From Microcoleus sp. (lineage in GTDB: Bacteria; Cyanobacteriota; Cyanobacteriia; Cyanobacteriales; Microcoleaceae): 64,000 nucleotides of DNA. This document shows positions 1-9,297 of this stretch, in pieces. The notes beneath the pieces were generated by a model. That model saw nothing but the letters and a program-made list of their open reading frames with translations, was not told where the DNA came from and ran no database searches. The stretch is taken from contig JAYFMW010000003.1 in the NCBI GenBank assembly GCA_042408215.1, forward strand, positions 448,001-512,000. The letters run 5' to 3'. Numbering within the stretch: the stretch's first letter is position 1; each line of letters starts with the position of its first letter. Position numbers and translations under genes: made by a program.

Positions 1-187
1 AGGCGACTGTTTTTATTGGCAGACTCCATAGGGTTATTGTTGGAGGTAGTTGAATTAGAAATTGTTGACTATTTATTGGCGTGTTGATGTATCATTGGGG
101 CAAGCCGAGTTTGCTTTTTACAAGGCGACTGCTAGAAGCGATCGAGGGTTCGACGTTCGATCGCTTTTAGTTTTTGGATTTTGGATT

Positions 188-685
188 TTAGACTTCGACT
201 ATAAAGGAGCTGCTGTTAGAGTTTTCGCGCAAGGCTTCTGCCATTCGCTCGACAGATTTTTCTATATCGTCCGAGGACATTCGCCCGAATTCGGCTTGAC
301 CTATGGCTGCGACGTGTGACGCGGCTTGCTCGAAGTCGCAGTCAAAAATACTTGCTAGCATCTTAATCGCCACGGTGGAAGTAATCCCAGTAGAGACGAT
401 CACGCACTTCTCTTGTCTTGATAGGTCAGTTAAGCCGATCGCCCGCGGCGCATCCTCTTCATCATCGCTGTCGGGAACGATGCGAATCGACTGCAAATTC
501 AAGTCGCAACTGTCCAAGAGGTCGGAGAGCGTCTCCCGCAATTCAGTCAACGCGCGGTAATGCCCCTGGACTTTCAGGATGAGGTTCGACACGTTGAAAT
601 CAATCTCGACAATCTCCCCCTTCATGGCATCGTCAAGCGGCGGCAGTGCGGAATGTTTGAATGTGTAGATGTTTGGATGTTCCAT
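188..685 (-). CDS. Hypothetical protein
   Basis: 165-aa ATG ORF with protein-like composition, co-oriented with the upstream gene. Confidence 0.7.
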   Translation of the reverse strand: MEHPNIYTFKHSALPPLDDAMKGEIVEIDFNVSNLILKVQGHYRALTELRETLSDLLDSCDLNLQSIRIVPDSDDEEDAPRAIGLTDLSRQEKCVIVSTGITSTVAIKMLASIFDCDFEQAASHVAAIGQAEFGRMSSDDIEKSVERMAEALRENSNSSSFIVEV

Positions 686-774
686 TGTTGTTAATAGGTG
701 GTAGGAAGCGATCGCCTAGCTCGAAGGCGATCGCGCTGGAAGCAGATGATGGAAGTCGAATTAGCGGAGGACTG

Positions 775-1611
775 CTACATCGCATCACCTCCGCTAGGGG
801 GCGAGCGAGCGCTCGACTCCGCGCCTGCAAATCCAAGCAGGTAACTGTCAATCAGTCCGTCGTCACAAAACGGGATAGCAGCGAACCGGCCAGCCGATCG
901 CCTGGATTGGACTGCTTCTAACGGCTTCTGCTGCAAGCCGACTTTGCCCAGTGTGGCAAACCAATCGATCGCGCGGTTGTGGCTGAAGGCATCCGGCGAA
1001 GGTGTCGGAACTTTTTCCGGGGGGTCTAACAAGTCCGACAAGAACCAATCACCAGGAACGAGCAGCCGCCAAATCTCGTAGAGCGTCTTGAACGTTCGCG
1101 ACCTGCTACCAAGACTCAGAACCCATCCCCCGGTGACGGATTTACATAAATCTAGGCAGGCAGCGCGCGCCAATCTGAATACCCGAATGAAGCTGCATTT
1201 TTGCACCGGGGTGATGTCCTTTGCCTCGTAAATTGTCTGTTTGTACGATCGCACTTGCTCCATTAATTCCTGATTCTCGGCGCGCAGCCGCGCGATCTCT
1301 GCCAGCACAGCATCCAGTTCGGAGGGTTCGATTTGTTCCGAAGCGCGATCGGCATCGAGGGATTTTTCGATCGGCTCCAGGGCTTGAATAATTTCGACAC
1401 CGGGGGGAGTTTCGATCGGCTGATTGTCGCAAAGTGCGATCGGCTCCTGGGCTTGAAAAATCGGGAACGGCTGACCGACAAGCGCGGCAACCCAAGTCTC
1501 GCGGCGAGTCTTGTTGCCGTCGGGCGTAATTCCTAATTCCTGCGCGATCTCTTTGAGCTCCGGCAGTAGGTGTTTGTCTAGTAGTTCGCGGGTGTAGATG
1601 TGTAGATCCAT
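775..1611 (-). CDS. Hypothetical protein with N-terminal HeH/Rho-N-like motif and coiled coil
   Basis: LPELKEIAQELGI...RRETWVAAL motif and coiled-coil segment. Start may be 1611 or 1671. Confidence 0.7.
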   Translation of the reverse strand: MDLHIYTRELLDKHLLPELKEIAQELGITPDGNKTRRETWVAALVGQPFPIFQAQEPIALCDNQPIETPPGVEIIQALEPIEKSLDADRASEQIEPSELDAVLAEIARLRAENQELMEQVRSYKQTIYEAKDITPVQKCSFIRVFRLARAACLDLCKSVTGGWVLSLGSRSRTFKTLYEIWRLLVPGDWFLSDLLDPPEKVPTPSPDAFSHNRAIDWFATLGKVGLQQKPLEAVQSRRSAGRFAAIPFCDDGLIDSYLLGFAGAESSARSPPSGGDAM

Positions 1612-1752
1612 GATTTTGAAGAAAGGGGCGAGTATGCAGTCCCGCCCCGTCTCGTTGGGGTATGCAGGCAATCTATGGGAGATTTAACGCAGAGGTTCTG
1701 CAAAACCAAGCATTCACGCGGCTGAGCCGAATCCCTTTGTTGTATCTACCTT

Positions 1753-1800
1753 TCCATACTTTAGTATAGACATATTTATTTGTCAACACTAAAGTATGGA
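1753..1800. promoter_or_regulatory. 13-bp inverted repeat (TCCATACTTTAGT / ACTAAAGTATGGA) around a leftward TTGACA; candidate operator
   Basis: Perfect IR at 1753-1765 and 1788-1800, between the divergent XRE gene and 775..1611. Confidence 0.55.
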
Positions 1801-1812
1801 TTCTATAGTAAA

Positions 1813-2166
1813 ATGAATCCAGACACAGGTAACGAGAAAAAAGAGACCTTGAAAAACTTAATTGAAGCGGCGGGTACAACTCAACGCCAGTTAAGTAGGG
1901 ATACCAGTATTGCCGAAGTGACGATTAACACTTGGGCGGCTGGCCGTAAAATACCCCGACTTGACAATGCTGCTTTGGTTGCCAGCCAGTTGGGAGTTTC
2001 GTTGAAAACTTTGGCGAAATCGATGCACCTTGATGTAGTGGCTATCCCCGGCGACTATAGCCTGGTCGAACTCAAGGCAATTGCCGCCGAGTTAGGGATC
2101 GAAAGGGTGGAGGACTTGCCCGAAGACTATCAAGCTCTGAGGCGGATGCGCGATCGGCAAAACTGA
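1813..2166 (+). CDS. XRE/Cro-CI family HTH regulator
   Basis: TQRQLSRDTSIAEVTINTWAAGRKIPRLDNAALVASQLGVS is a typical HTH_3 pattern. Confidence 0.88.
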   Translation: MNPDTGNEKKETLKNLIEAAGTTQRQLSRDTSIAEVTINTWAAGRKIPRLDNAALVASQLGVSLKTLAKSMHLDVVAIPGDYSLVELKAIAAELGIERVEDLPEDYQALRRMRDRQN

Positions 2167-2183
2167 CGCGCTCCCAAAATACC

Positions 2184-2229
2184 GCTACACATAAAAGCTT
2201 CTCCCATGAGAGTCGTATTTATGTGTAGC
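2184..2229. promoter_or_regulatory. 12-bp inverted repeat GCTACACATAAA / TTTATGTGTAGC
   Basis: Perfect IR in the intergenic gap; terminator or binding site. Confidence 0.4.
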
Positions 2230-2246
2230 CCTACAAAGTAGAAACC

Positions 2247-2897
2247 ATGAAGCAACTCACGCTGTTTGACGCCCTACCTGTCGAAAGCAGTATCAAACCG
2301 GGGAACTGGGTGAAGCTGCGGCGCAAGAGCAATAATGCCGCCTATTGGAAGAAAGGAGAGATCGTTCGGGTCGAGTCTGTCCATCCCTCGGATGGCAGTA
2401 TTAGATTTTGGAACGAGAGAACTGAAGGCTGGGGGTATCTGTATCCCGACCAGATTGTACTGGTGCCGCTACCCGCTGATTCTGTATCAAGTGCGATCGC
2501 CTTTGATACAGAATCAACACCCGAGTCCGTTGATACAGAATCAACACCCGAGTCCGTTGATACAGAATCAAAACCAGAGCCCGCAGGAATTGATTCTGTA
2601 TCAGAGCCGATCGCCCTTGATACAGAATCAAAACCAGAGTCCGTTGAAATTGATTCTGTATCAGGGCCCGTCAGCACCTACTCCCCCAAAGGAACGGCCC
2701 GCTGCGGGGAACTGAAATACTTTCGATTCAGCTACCGCTGCGGAAAAAAAATGAAACACGTCCACATTCCCGGCGGGTGTACTCGCGTCTTGCTCGCTCA
2801 GCAAAGAGCAGCCGAAGTGATGGAACTTTCGGCCGCTGGAGTTCCGGCAGTCGAGATTTGCGATCGCATCAAGCAGTGGAGCGGCAAAGTTACCTAG
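2247..2897 (+). CDS. Hypothetical protein with internal DTES/DSVS repeats and a basic C-terminal domain
   Basis: 216-aa ORF: SH3-like N-part, repeat linker, YFRFSYR..HVHIPGG C-domain. Confidence 0.75.
   Translation: MKQLTLFDALPVESSIKPGNWVKLRRKSNNAAYWKKGEIVRVESVHPSDGSIRFWNERTEGWGYLYPDQIVLVPLPADSVSSAIAFDTESTPESVDTESTPESVDTESKPEPAGIDSVSEPIALDTESKPESVEIDSVSGPVSTYSPKGTARCGELKYFRFSYRCGKKMKHVHIPGGCTRVLLAQQRAAEVMELSAAGVPAVEICDRIKQWSGKVT
2477..2663. repeat. Seven copies of (T)TGATACAGAATCA in both orientations
   Basis: Forward at 2503, 2530, 2557, 2617; reverse at 2477, 2591, 2651. Confidence 0.9.
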
Positions 2898-3396
2898 AAA
2901 TCGAATGCACCCAGAACTGGCCGTCGTAGGCGCAAGTCCGGCGAACGAGCTCGTAAGAATAGTGCAGCCCCGCGCCGCTGACGCTCGTGTCGTAACCGCC
3001 TGCAAAGTATTCGCCGTAGGGGTCGTTAACAATCAGCCCGGTTTCGTCGTACCCGCGCCCGACGATGATGTGGCCCGACCGGGTGAACATCCCGTGAACG
3101 ATGACGGGGTTGTTGTTGTCGAGCGACTGTTGGATGCCCTCGATCGATCCGTACCACGTAAAGTCATCCTTGCAGCCGTAAGCGCGGACGACCTTTGCCA
3201 AGTCCTCTGCCGAATGCCGGCTCAATTTCTGGCCGCGGACGTACTCGAACAGCTCGTCTTCAAGTTGCCATGCCGAATTTTTCGACCTAATGCCGTGGTA
3301 ATCCAAACACATCGCTACCGAGGTTAAATTGCACGTTCCTTCGGGGTGGTATACATTGTCTAATTGAGAAAAGTGCCTCACGCTCAATACTTTCAT
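2890..3396 (-). CDS. C39-like cysteine peptidase (possible lysin)
   Basis: SQLDN...GTCNLTSVAM (Cys), SGHII (His), VNDPYG (Asp). Confidence 0.88.
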   Translation of the reverse strand: MKVLSVRHFSQLDNVYHPEGTCNLTSVAMCLDYHGIRSKNSAWQLEDELFEYVRGQKLSRHSAEDLAKVVRAYGCKDDFTWYGSIEGIQQSLDNNNPVIVHGMFTRSGHIIVGRGYDETGLIVNDPYGEYFAGGYDTSVSGAGLHYSYELVRRTCAYDGQFWVHSISR

Positions 3397-3581
3397 CCTT
3401 GCCTCCTAGGAGATGGAGCCAGCAAACCAATCAGCGCGCCGTTGCATCCGGTAGCCAAATAAATCAATTCTTGCGGGACTCTCTTGTCTTGTGCAGCCAA
3501 AGAAATCCCCCCCACTGTCACCGCCGAAGAAATCGCACACAGCGAACCAACAATCATCCGATACGACCAAACATCAAGCAT
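3393..3581 (-). CDS. Small two-TM membrane protein (holin-like position)
   Basis: Two hydrophobic stretches; ATGA overlap with the peptidase gene. Confidence 0.65.
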   Translation of the reverse strand: MLDVWSYRMIVGSLCAISSAVTVGGISLAAQDKRVPQELIYLATGCNGALIGLLAPSPRRQG

Positions 3582-3594
3582 CGCAACTATTCAC

Positions 3595-3876
3595 CTAAAA
3601 CCCAGTTTTTTCGTTATCGTATTCTTTCAACAAATCTTCTTCGATCTCGTTGATAGTCCCCCGCAAGTGATACCCGTGCTCCAAGTTTAAGAATTTTTGC
3701 ACGTCTCGAACTTCCGCCCGCAATCCGATAAAAAGCGCCTTCAAAACAGTCAGCTTTCGTTGAATAGTGGCAAGCAGTCCCAGCACGCCTCGGGTCACGT
3801 TCCAGAGCGCAATAGTGCTAACCAGAAAGGCGAAGACCGAAGACAAGTTAGAAATAATTTCGCTGGCATATTTCAT
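3595..3876 (-). CDS. Small TM + coiled-coil protein
   Basis: 93-aa ORF tightly packed in the operon. Confidence 0.65.
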   Translation of the reverse strand: MKYASEIISNLSSVFAFLVSTIALWNVTRGVLGLLATIQRKLTVLKALFIGLRAEVRDVQKFLNLEHGYHLRGTINEIEEDLLKEYDNEKTGF

Positions 3877-3877
3877 C

Positions 3878-4210
3878 TCACGTATAGTTCTCTATTTGAA
3901 TTTCATATAATTCTATCCACCGCTTCGGATAGAACTTGAGAGAGTAATATTCCTCGCCCTCAAACTCGGTAAATCGAATCAGCTTGCAAGCATTGAGCGG
4001 CAAAATAACGCTGGCCCCCTCAACGTCAAATCCCGCTACTGGATCGAAAATCTGCACCAACTCCCCGGCGACGCGCCAAGGAGTCGGCGCATCCGGTGAA
4101 GATATCCGAACTCTTGCTACAGGCCAAGTCAGACTCCCCGGAATGTAAACCGGCTCGACTGGATCGCTTGCCTTCCGATGAAATTGACTCGAAAAAATCG
4201 CCGTCCACAT
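3878..4210 (-). CDS. Hypothetical beta-rich protein
   Basis: 110-aa ORF; TAATG coupling with the upstream fragment. Confidence 0.7.
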   Translation of the reverse strand: MWTAIFSSQFHRKASDPVEPVYIPGSLTWPVARVRISSPDAPTPWRVAGELVQIFDPVAGFDVEGASVILPLNACKLIRFTEFEGEEYYSLKFYPKRWIELYEIQIENYT

Positions 4211-4323
4211 TATTCAGACTTAAATAACTTAAGCGCTTTCAGTTTTTCAGGTTCTTTGAAGTTCGTATCGATATTTACTCTCGTGCCGCTCTCAAGAATG
4301 AAATAAGTAGGTTTTCGATTTTC
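4210..4323 (-). pseudogene. C-terminal fragment of a gene cut by the IS (ENRKPTYFILESG...LFKSE*)
   Basis: Open frame from the IS right end to a TAA that overlaps the ATG of 3878..4210. Confidence 0.55.
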
Positions 4324-4359
4324 TTGACATACTCCCCGGCGTAAACGCGCGGGGATTCT

Positions 4360-5520
4360 TTACGCTTCATCGACTGATGCTACCGAAATAGTCTTACTCT
4401 GTCTCAGCGTACATTTAAGGTCGTGCCGATGCCCCATGCCGACCATTTCTATATTCCTAGCAGCGTTTTCATCTCTATCTTGCTCGGTGCCACAACTCAA
4501 ACAAAGCACTGAGCGAATAGACAAATCAATTTTCCCCCACTTAAAACCACAGTCTGAGCAGACCTGGCTAGTTGGCTCCCATCTACTAATTACTTTGAAT
4601 TCTCTGCCCAACTTTTCGGACTTAGCCTCGCACAAAGTTCGGAATTCGTACCATCCTTGCTGACTAATTGCTCTTGAAAGTTTCCGGTTCTTAACCATGC
4701 CCGATACATTGAGGTCTTCCCAAATAATCACTTGGTTTTCGTTAACTATTTTGGTCGATAATTTGTGCAGGAAGTCTTGGCGGGTATCGGCAATCTGATT
4801 GTGCAGTTTGGCAATTCTGATTCGAGTTACACTTCTTCTCCTAGAGTCATGAGGTTGACGAGCTAATTTGCGTTGCAGTTTGCGAACTTTCCGATCTAAC
4901 TTTTTATAACTAGGGCTTTCAGCTTTCTCGCCATTGCTCATCACCGCAAAGGTTTTGATTCCTAGGTCGATTCCAATGCTAGGGTTTTTAGCCTCAGCCT
5001 GAATTGGTTGAACCTCTATAACAAAACTCAAGAAATAACGATTTGCACAATCCTTGATTACCGTGACGGAGCTAGGTTCAGAGGGTAGCTCCCTCGACCA
5101 AATTGGGCTGACAATTCCAATCTTGGCTAAGTAAATACCACGATGTTTAAATGAGAATCCTCCAACTCTAAAACGTGCCGATTGACTGCCAGTTCTTTTT
5201 TTGAACTTAGGATATCCGACTTTACGTCCTTTTCTCTTTCCCTTGCAGGAGTTAAAAAAGTTTTTGAAAGCAACATCTAAGTCGGCAACAGACTGTTGTA
5301 ATGGGACGCACGACACCTCTCCTAGCCAAGCCCTTTCTTCAGTATTCTTAGCCTGAGTAATGACGATTTTTTGCAAATCTGCCGAACTTGGCTTTTTATC
5401 TGACTGCTTGCAGAGTGCAAGCGCATCGTTCCAGACCACTCGGACGCAGCCAAACAACCGAGCTAGGCTCTGCTGTTGTTGGCTGGTTGGGTAAAATCTG
5501 TAGCGATATCTTGCTTTCAT
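4360..5520 (-). CDS. tnpB: RNA-guided endonuclease TnpB, apparently intact
   Basis: RYRFYPT start, GIDLG, WEDLN, CSDC/CLSC zinc finger, DRDENAA. Confidence 0.95.
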   Translation of the reverse strand: MKARYRYRFYPTSQQQQSLARLFGCVRVVWNDALALCKQSDKKPSSADLQKIVITQAKNTEERAWLGEVSCVPLQQSVADLDVAFKNFFNSCKGKRKGRKVGYPKFKKRTGSQSARFRVGGFSFKHRGIYLAKIGIVSPIWSRELPSEPSSVTVIKDCANRYFLSFVIEVQPIQAEAKNPSIGIDLGIKTFAVMSNGEKAESPSYKKLDRKVRKLQRKLARQPHDSRRRSVTRIRIAKLHNQIADTRQDFLHKLSTKIVNENQVIIWEDLNVSGMVKNRKLSRAISQQGWYEFRTLCEAKSEKLGREFKVISRWEPTSQVCSDCGFKWGKIDLSIRSVLCLSCGTEQDRDENAARNIEMVGMGHRHDLKCTLRQSKTISVASVDEA

Positions 5521-5569
5521 GGTTGTGCTAAGATTGGTCTGCCACTAAATTATATCTTGGTTTCCAGAA

Positions 5570-5967
5570 ATGACAACTTTTATCGCCGATAACGCCATTC
5601 TGTTACAGAACTTAAAATACACTTGGTCTGTGTAACAAAGTACCGTCGGTCTGTATTTACGGGTGAAAGCCTTGATTTGATTGAAAAATCGTTTCGAGAG
5701 GTTGCTGAAAAAATGAATTTTCAGGTTCTAGAGTTTAATGGTGAAGGTAATCACGTTCATGGGCTGATTGAGTATCCGCCTAAACTTTCTATTTCTCAAA
5801 TAGTGAATGCTTTGAAAGGAGTTTCTAGCCGTCGGTACGGACAGGCTGTACACAAAAAACCCCACAAAGAAGCTTTATGGAGTCCTAGCTATTTTGCGGT
5901 TTCTGTAGGCGGTGCACCTTTGGAAGTATTGAAGGAATATATTAGAAATCAAGAAAAGCCGTCCTAA
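5570..5967 (+). pseudogene. tnpA: Y1 (HUH) transposase TnpA with a damaged 5' end
   Basis: HLVCVTKYR, NHVH and EYIRNQ present; ATG at 5570 is out of frame and there is an in-frame TAA at 5590-5592. Confidence 0.8.
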
Positions 5968-5996
5968 AAGGACGGGGCTTGTATCCCATTTTCTTG

Positions 5997-6374
5997 GTCA
6001 AAATCACCACCGGTATTAAATGGGTTGCGGGTACGTGGTACGCGATACCCGGGCTTGTTATTCCTTTTGCGTTGGGAGAGGTACGATCGTACTACCTGGC
6101 TGTAAATTATCAATACAGCGAAGTGACGAATACTTACAACCACTGGCAAATGGGCGGTCATTGCTTCTTGCCAGGCGGTATAGGCTGGAAAGCTGCCGGA
6201 ACGCCGGCCGAAGTTGTCATGACGCTCCAGCATCACCACGGTAGCGATAGCAGCGCTCTTACTTTTAGATCGCCGGCTGGGAGTGGAGATAGAGGTCTAG
6301 AAGTTAAGCCTAATTTTGACATAACAATCAGCGGCTTAGGGTTTATAGAATTTGCTCTCAAGCGTTTTGGATGA
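5997..6374 (+). pseudogene. 5'-truncated beta-rich protein abutting the IS left end
   Basis: VKITTGIKWVAGTWYAIPG...FALKRFG* looks protein-like, has no native start and is co-oriented with the downstream operon. Confidence 0.55.
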
Positions 6375-6424
6375 CTTGCTCAAAATCGTTCAAAGAGTAG
6401 AGGCAAAGAGATAGATAATAGAAC

Positions 6425-8086
6425 ATGAGTAAGATTTCATTCGACACAGAAAACCAGGAAATTCAAGTAACCCGAAGCATCGGGAAAAATGGGGATGGAA
6501 AAATTACCATCAACAGAGAAGGAGGTGCAATTGAGATTAATTTAGGGATTGCATCAATTGGAGCGACAGCCGAGTACGGCGGCGCTATATCTCTCGGCAT
6601 TGCGGGGCAAGAGGTCACTTGGGGGAGAGAGGGAGGCACTATCCATATCGGAATTGGCGGCTTTGCTGTGGACGTAGAGGCAAAAGATTGCATTATCACG
6701 GAAACAAAATCTATTTTCGGGCAAATCGTCGCGCAGCGAAGTTACCCCGACCCGGGGTGTAAATTACCCGATCCGCCAACTCCAACACCAACTCCAACCC
6801 CAACACCAACACCCGCGCTTAATGCAGTAGAAGTTCCCGATACTGAGACCGAAGGTTGGGTATTTGTTCATGTGAGATATTACGGAGGACGACTCTCGGT
6901 CGGGTCTCCATATCCGGCGCCGGAGAGATTTGAGGATCGTTATATCGTAAGTCCTGTTGATGAATTTAGGTCTGCGTGGGTCAAGGCAGCTCCTTTTGAT
7001 ATCGACATTATGACTCTATATCCACCGCCGAAACGGACGCTAATAAAAAAAGGCACAACACTGTGGATGCACTATATCGAGGTTAAAGATGCTAGCTGGA
7101 AAGGAGGCGGAGGCTATTCCCAAGTACCTACGCTTGCCATGCAAAATGCGGTTAGTGTTTACTTCACCTCAGACACTAGCCCGTTGTTTTTCTGGGGGCG
7201 CTTTAGCGATATCCGTAAATTTTTAAGGATTAAAAACGAGCAAAATGCTATCAAAGGAGCGCAGCTAGACAAGTACGGTATTCCCCCCGCCCTCCATGAA
7301 TGGATACCATACGCTTGTATCCCCTTTAGAGGGCCATTAGACAATCCCAAACCTAAACCTCTCTTACCCACAGGAAACAAACCACCCGTGAACGATTGCT
7401 GTGAAGAAATTTTGGACATATTAGAAGATATCAAGGAAGCCTACGCGGTAGACCGCATTTTAAAAGACAAATTTCCGGTATCGAATACATTTATGGCCCC
7501 GGAATGCGATCCGGCGGCTACCACGGAGGCGACAAATTTTTATGAAATTTTGCAGTGTCTGTTTCGGATGCTCTCGCACGGTTTGATTTTTGAACCGCGC
7601 GTGTCAATCAAAGACGCTGACGCTGCCAAAGCCGGCGACCAAGAATGTAAGACGCGGTACCTCAACGCGACGGGCTGGGCATCGGCAGTATCGGAAGCGT
7701 TAATGGAAGTAAAAGACGACGGTAACGTGTCTACAAATATGGACATTAGAAGCGGTTTTGCAGCTACTCAAACAATGGTTGGCGTAGCAGATGCGCTCAC
7801 CAAATTAGATGCAATTCTCGACTGCATGGGTTTAACCCTAATGCCTAAAGTGGAGTCGATTCAAACGCCTTACAACTGCTTTATTAAGATAGGTAAAGGA
7901 TTTGGCGAAGGCAACGAGCGGCAAATTGACTTAAACCAAGATGAGGCGACAGAGAAATTATTGCCCGACTTCTTGCAGACTAAAATCAACAAAATTAAAA
8001 CAGTTGCAATTCACCCCAGGATCGAAACTATTTTAGACATTTTGCAAAGGATAGAATCAAACTTACCGCCGCAAAGCAATGGTTAA
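6425..8086 (+). CDS. Large hypothetical protein (Gly/beta-rich N-domain, Pro-Thr linker); possibly virion structural
   Basis: 553-aa ORF with a (PT)n linker near 6770-6815. Confidence 0.85.
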   Translation: MSKISFDTENQEIQVTRSIGKNGDGKITINREGGAIEINLGIASIGATAEYGGAISLGIAGQEVTWGREGGTIHIGIGGFAVDVEAKDCIITETKSIFGQIVAQRSYPDPGCKLPDPPTPTPTPTPTPTPALNAVEVPDTETEGWVFVHVRYYGGRLSVGSPYPAPERFEDRYIVSPVDEFRSAWVKAAPFDIDIMTLYPPPKRTLIKKGTTLWMHYIEVKDASWKGGGGYSQVPTLAMQNAVSVYFTSDTSPLFFWGRFSDIRKFLRIKNEQNAIKGAQLDKYGIPPALHEWIPYACIPFRGPLDNPKPKPLLPTGNKPPVNDCCEEILDILEDIKEAYAVDRILKDKFPVSNTFMAPECDPAATTEATNFYEILQCLFRMLSHGLIFEPRVSIKDADAAKAGDQECKTRYLNATGWASAVSEALMEVKDDGNVSTNMDIRSGFAATQTMVGVADALTKLDAILDCMGLTLMPKVESIQTPYNCFIKIGKGFGEGNERQIDLNQDEATEKLLPDFLQTKINKIKTVAIHPRIETILDILQRIESNLPPQSNG

Positions 8087-8342
8087 ACAATCGGCAGTTA
8101 CTCAGGCTGATATTAAGGTATTTATCGCGCGCCAAGTGAAAGACGATGTAAGGCAACTCCGGCGCGAGCGCGCGCTAGAGCGGATTAACGTTTTAAAAGC
8201 CGTCGGCGTCGGCCACATGGACAATTATATAGACGAGTGGGAACAAGACTTTGCCAACTCCACCACCTCGCCCAAGTCGCCGGAACCCAAAAATAAGAAG
8301 CTCAAGAAAATCACTAGCGTAAGACGGGATGTAAGACGATGA
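8079..8342 (+). CDS. Hypothetical basic protein
   Basis: Overlaps both neighbours (translational coupling). Confidence 0.7.
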   Translation: MVKQSAVTQADIKVFIARQVKDDVRQLRRERALERINVLKAVGVGHMDNYIDEWEQDFANSTTSPKSPEPKNKKLKKITSVRRDVRR

Positions 8343-9280
8343 ACCCACAGGCCGGCGTTACAGTTGAAAATTCTAGCCTCGCAATCACTCTCGGCGTCAA
8401 GCTGGGGAGTTGGTTTCAGGGCATAGGCAGCCAAATCGGCAACATACTTTCAAGGGGCCTTTTAAATGTAAAAAGCCTTTTGAGTAACATGGTCAACGGC
8501 ACGAAAGAGCTGTTCGGCGCGATCGCCCGAGGCGACTGGAACATCTTTAAAAACTGGCTCAAAGAAGATCCTGTTGCGGTCACTGCCGGCGCTGTCGCCG
8601 TGCTACTAATCGGTGGCATCGTCGTCGGCGCTGTCGCCGGAGGAGTGGCTGCAATTGCCACTGCTGTCGCTGGTGCTGGAACAGTTGGCGGCATAACACT
8701 GGCCGGCATTATGCCCTCGCTGGTACAGGGAGCTGTCTCTGTCGGCGAGACAATCTATAACTTTGATTTCAACAAATCAGACGATCAATTATTGAAAGAG
8801 CTCAATCAAGGTTTTATCAACTTTGTGGGCGTAGCGGGCGAGTCGCTCGGGCGATCGCTTGCCAATTTCATCATTGGGGGCGACAAACTGCCGAAACTGC
8901 GGATAGACCGAAACGCGATGCGGACTATGTTTCTGGTACTTGAAGACGAATCGGAGACGGGCGAGGAAATTTTGCAGGAACTCAGCACGATCGGCTGGGC
9001 GATATTCAAGTTGGCGAGGCAAGCTTTGTTTGCTGCGGGATTTATCAATTTTAGGAAATGGGCTAAGCAGAACGTCAAGAGCGGCATCCCGTGGATTGAC
9101 AAAGCTATTGCCTCCTGGGGAACCGGCAAACCGCTAATTTTGAGCGAAGAAATTAACGAATTCGTGCAAACAGTCGAGGAAGGTAACGTCGCATTGGGCA
9201 ACTTCTTAGAAAATATTCTCGAAGGCTTCGGCGGCGGCACTAAGGAAGCCGTGATTCGGCGGTTTGTAGTTTATAGCTAA
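8339..9280 (+). CDS. Hypothetical membrane protein with a long Ala/Gly/Val hydrophobic segment
   Basis: 313-aa ORF; ATGA overlap. Confidence 0.85.
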   Translation: MNPQAGVTVENSSLAITLGVKLGSWFQGIGSQIGNILSRGLLNVKSLLSNMVNGTKELFGAIARGDWNIFKNWLKEDPVAVTAGAVAVLLIGGIVVGAVAGGVAAIATAVAGAGTVGGITLAGIMPSLVQGAVSVGETIYNFDFNKSDDQLLKELNQGFINFVGVAGESLGRSLANFIIGGDKLPKLRIDRNAMRTMFLVLEDESETGEEILQELSTIGWAIFKLARQALFAAGFINFRKWAKQNVKSGIPWIDKAIASWGTGKPLILSEEINEFVQTVEEGNVALGNFLENILEGFGGGTKEAVIRRFVVYS

Positions 9281-9297
9281 ATGCTGCGAAACCAGAA

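Larger units (their letters stand above)
4324..5996 (-). mobile_element. IS200/IS605-family element (IS605 group, divergent tnpA/tnpB)
   Basis: Right end GAAT-hairpin-TCAA at 4324; left end hairpin GCCGTCC/GGACGG; flanking target TGAC on the minus strand (5997-6000); no TSD. Confidence 0.92.

Noticed and set aside
2335..2715. Alternative-frame ORFs over the DTES repeats
   Set aside because: They are shadow ORFs of the bidirectional repeat.
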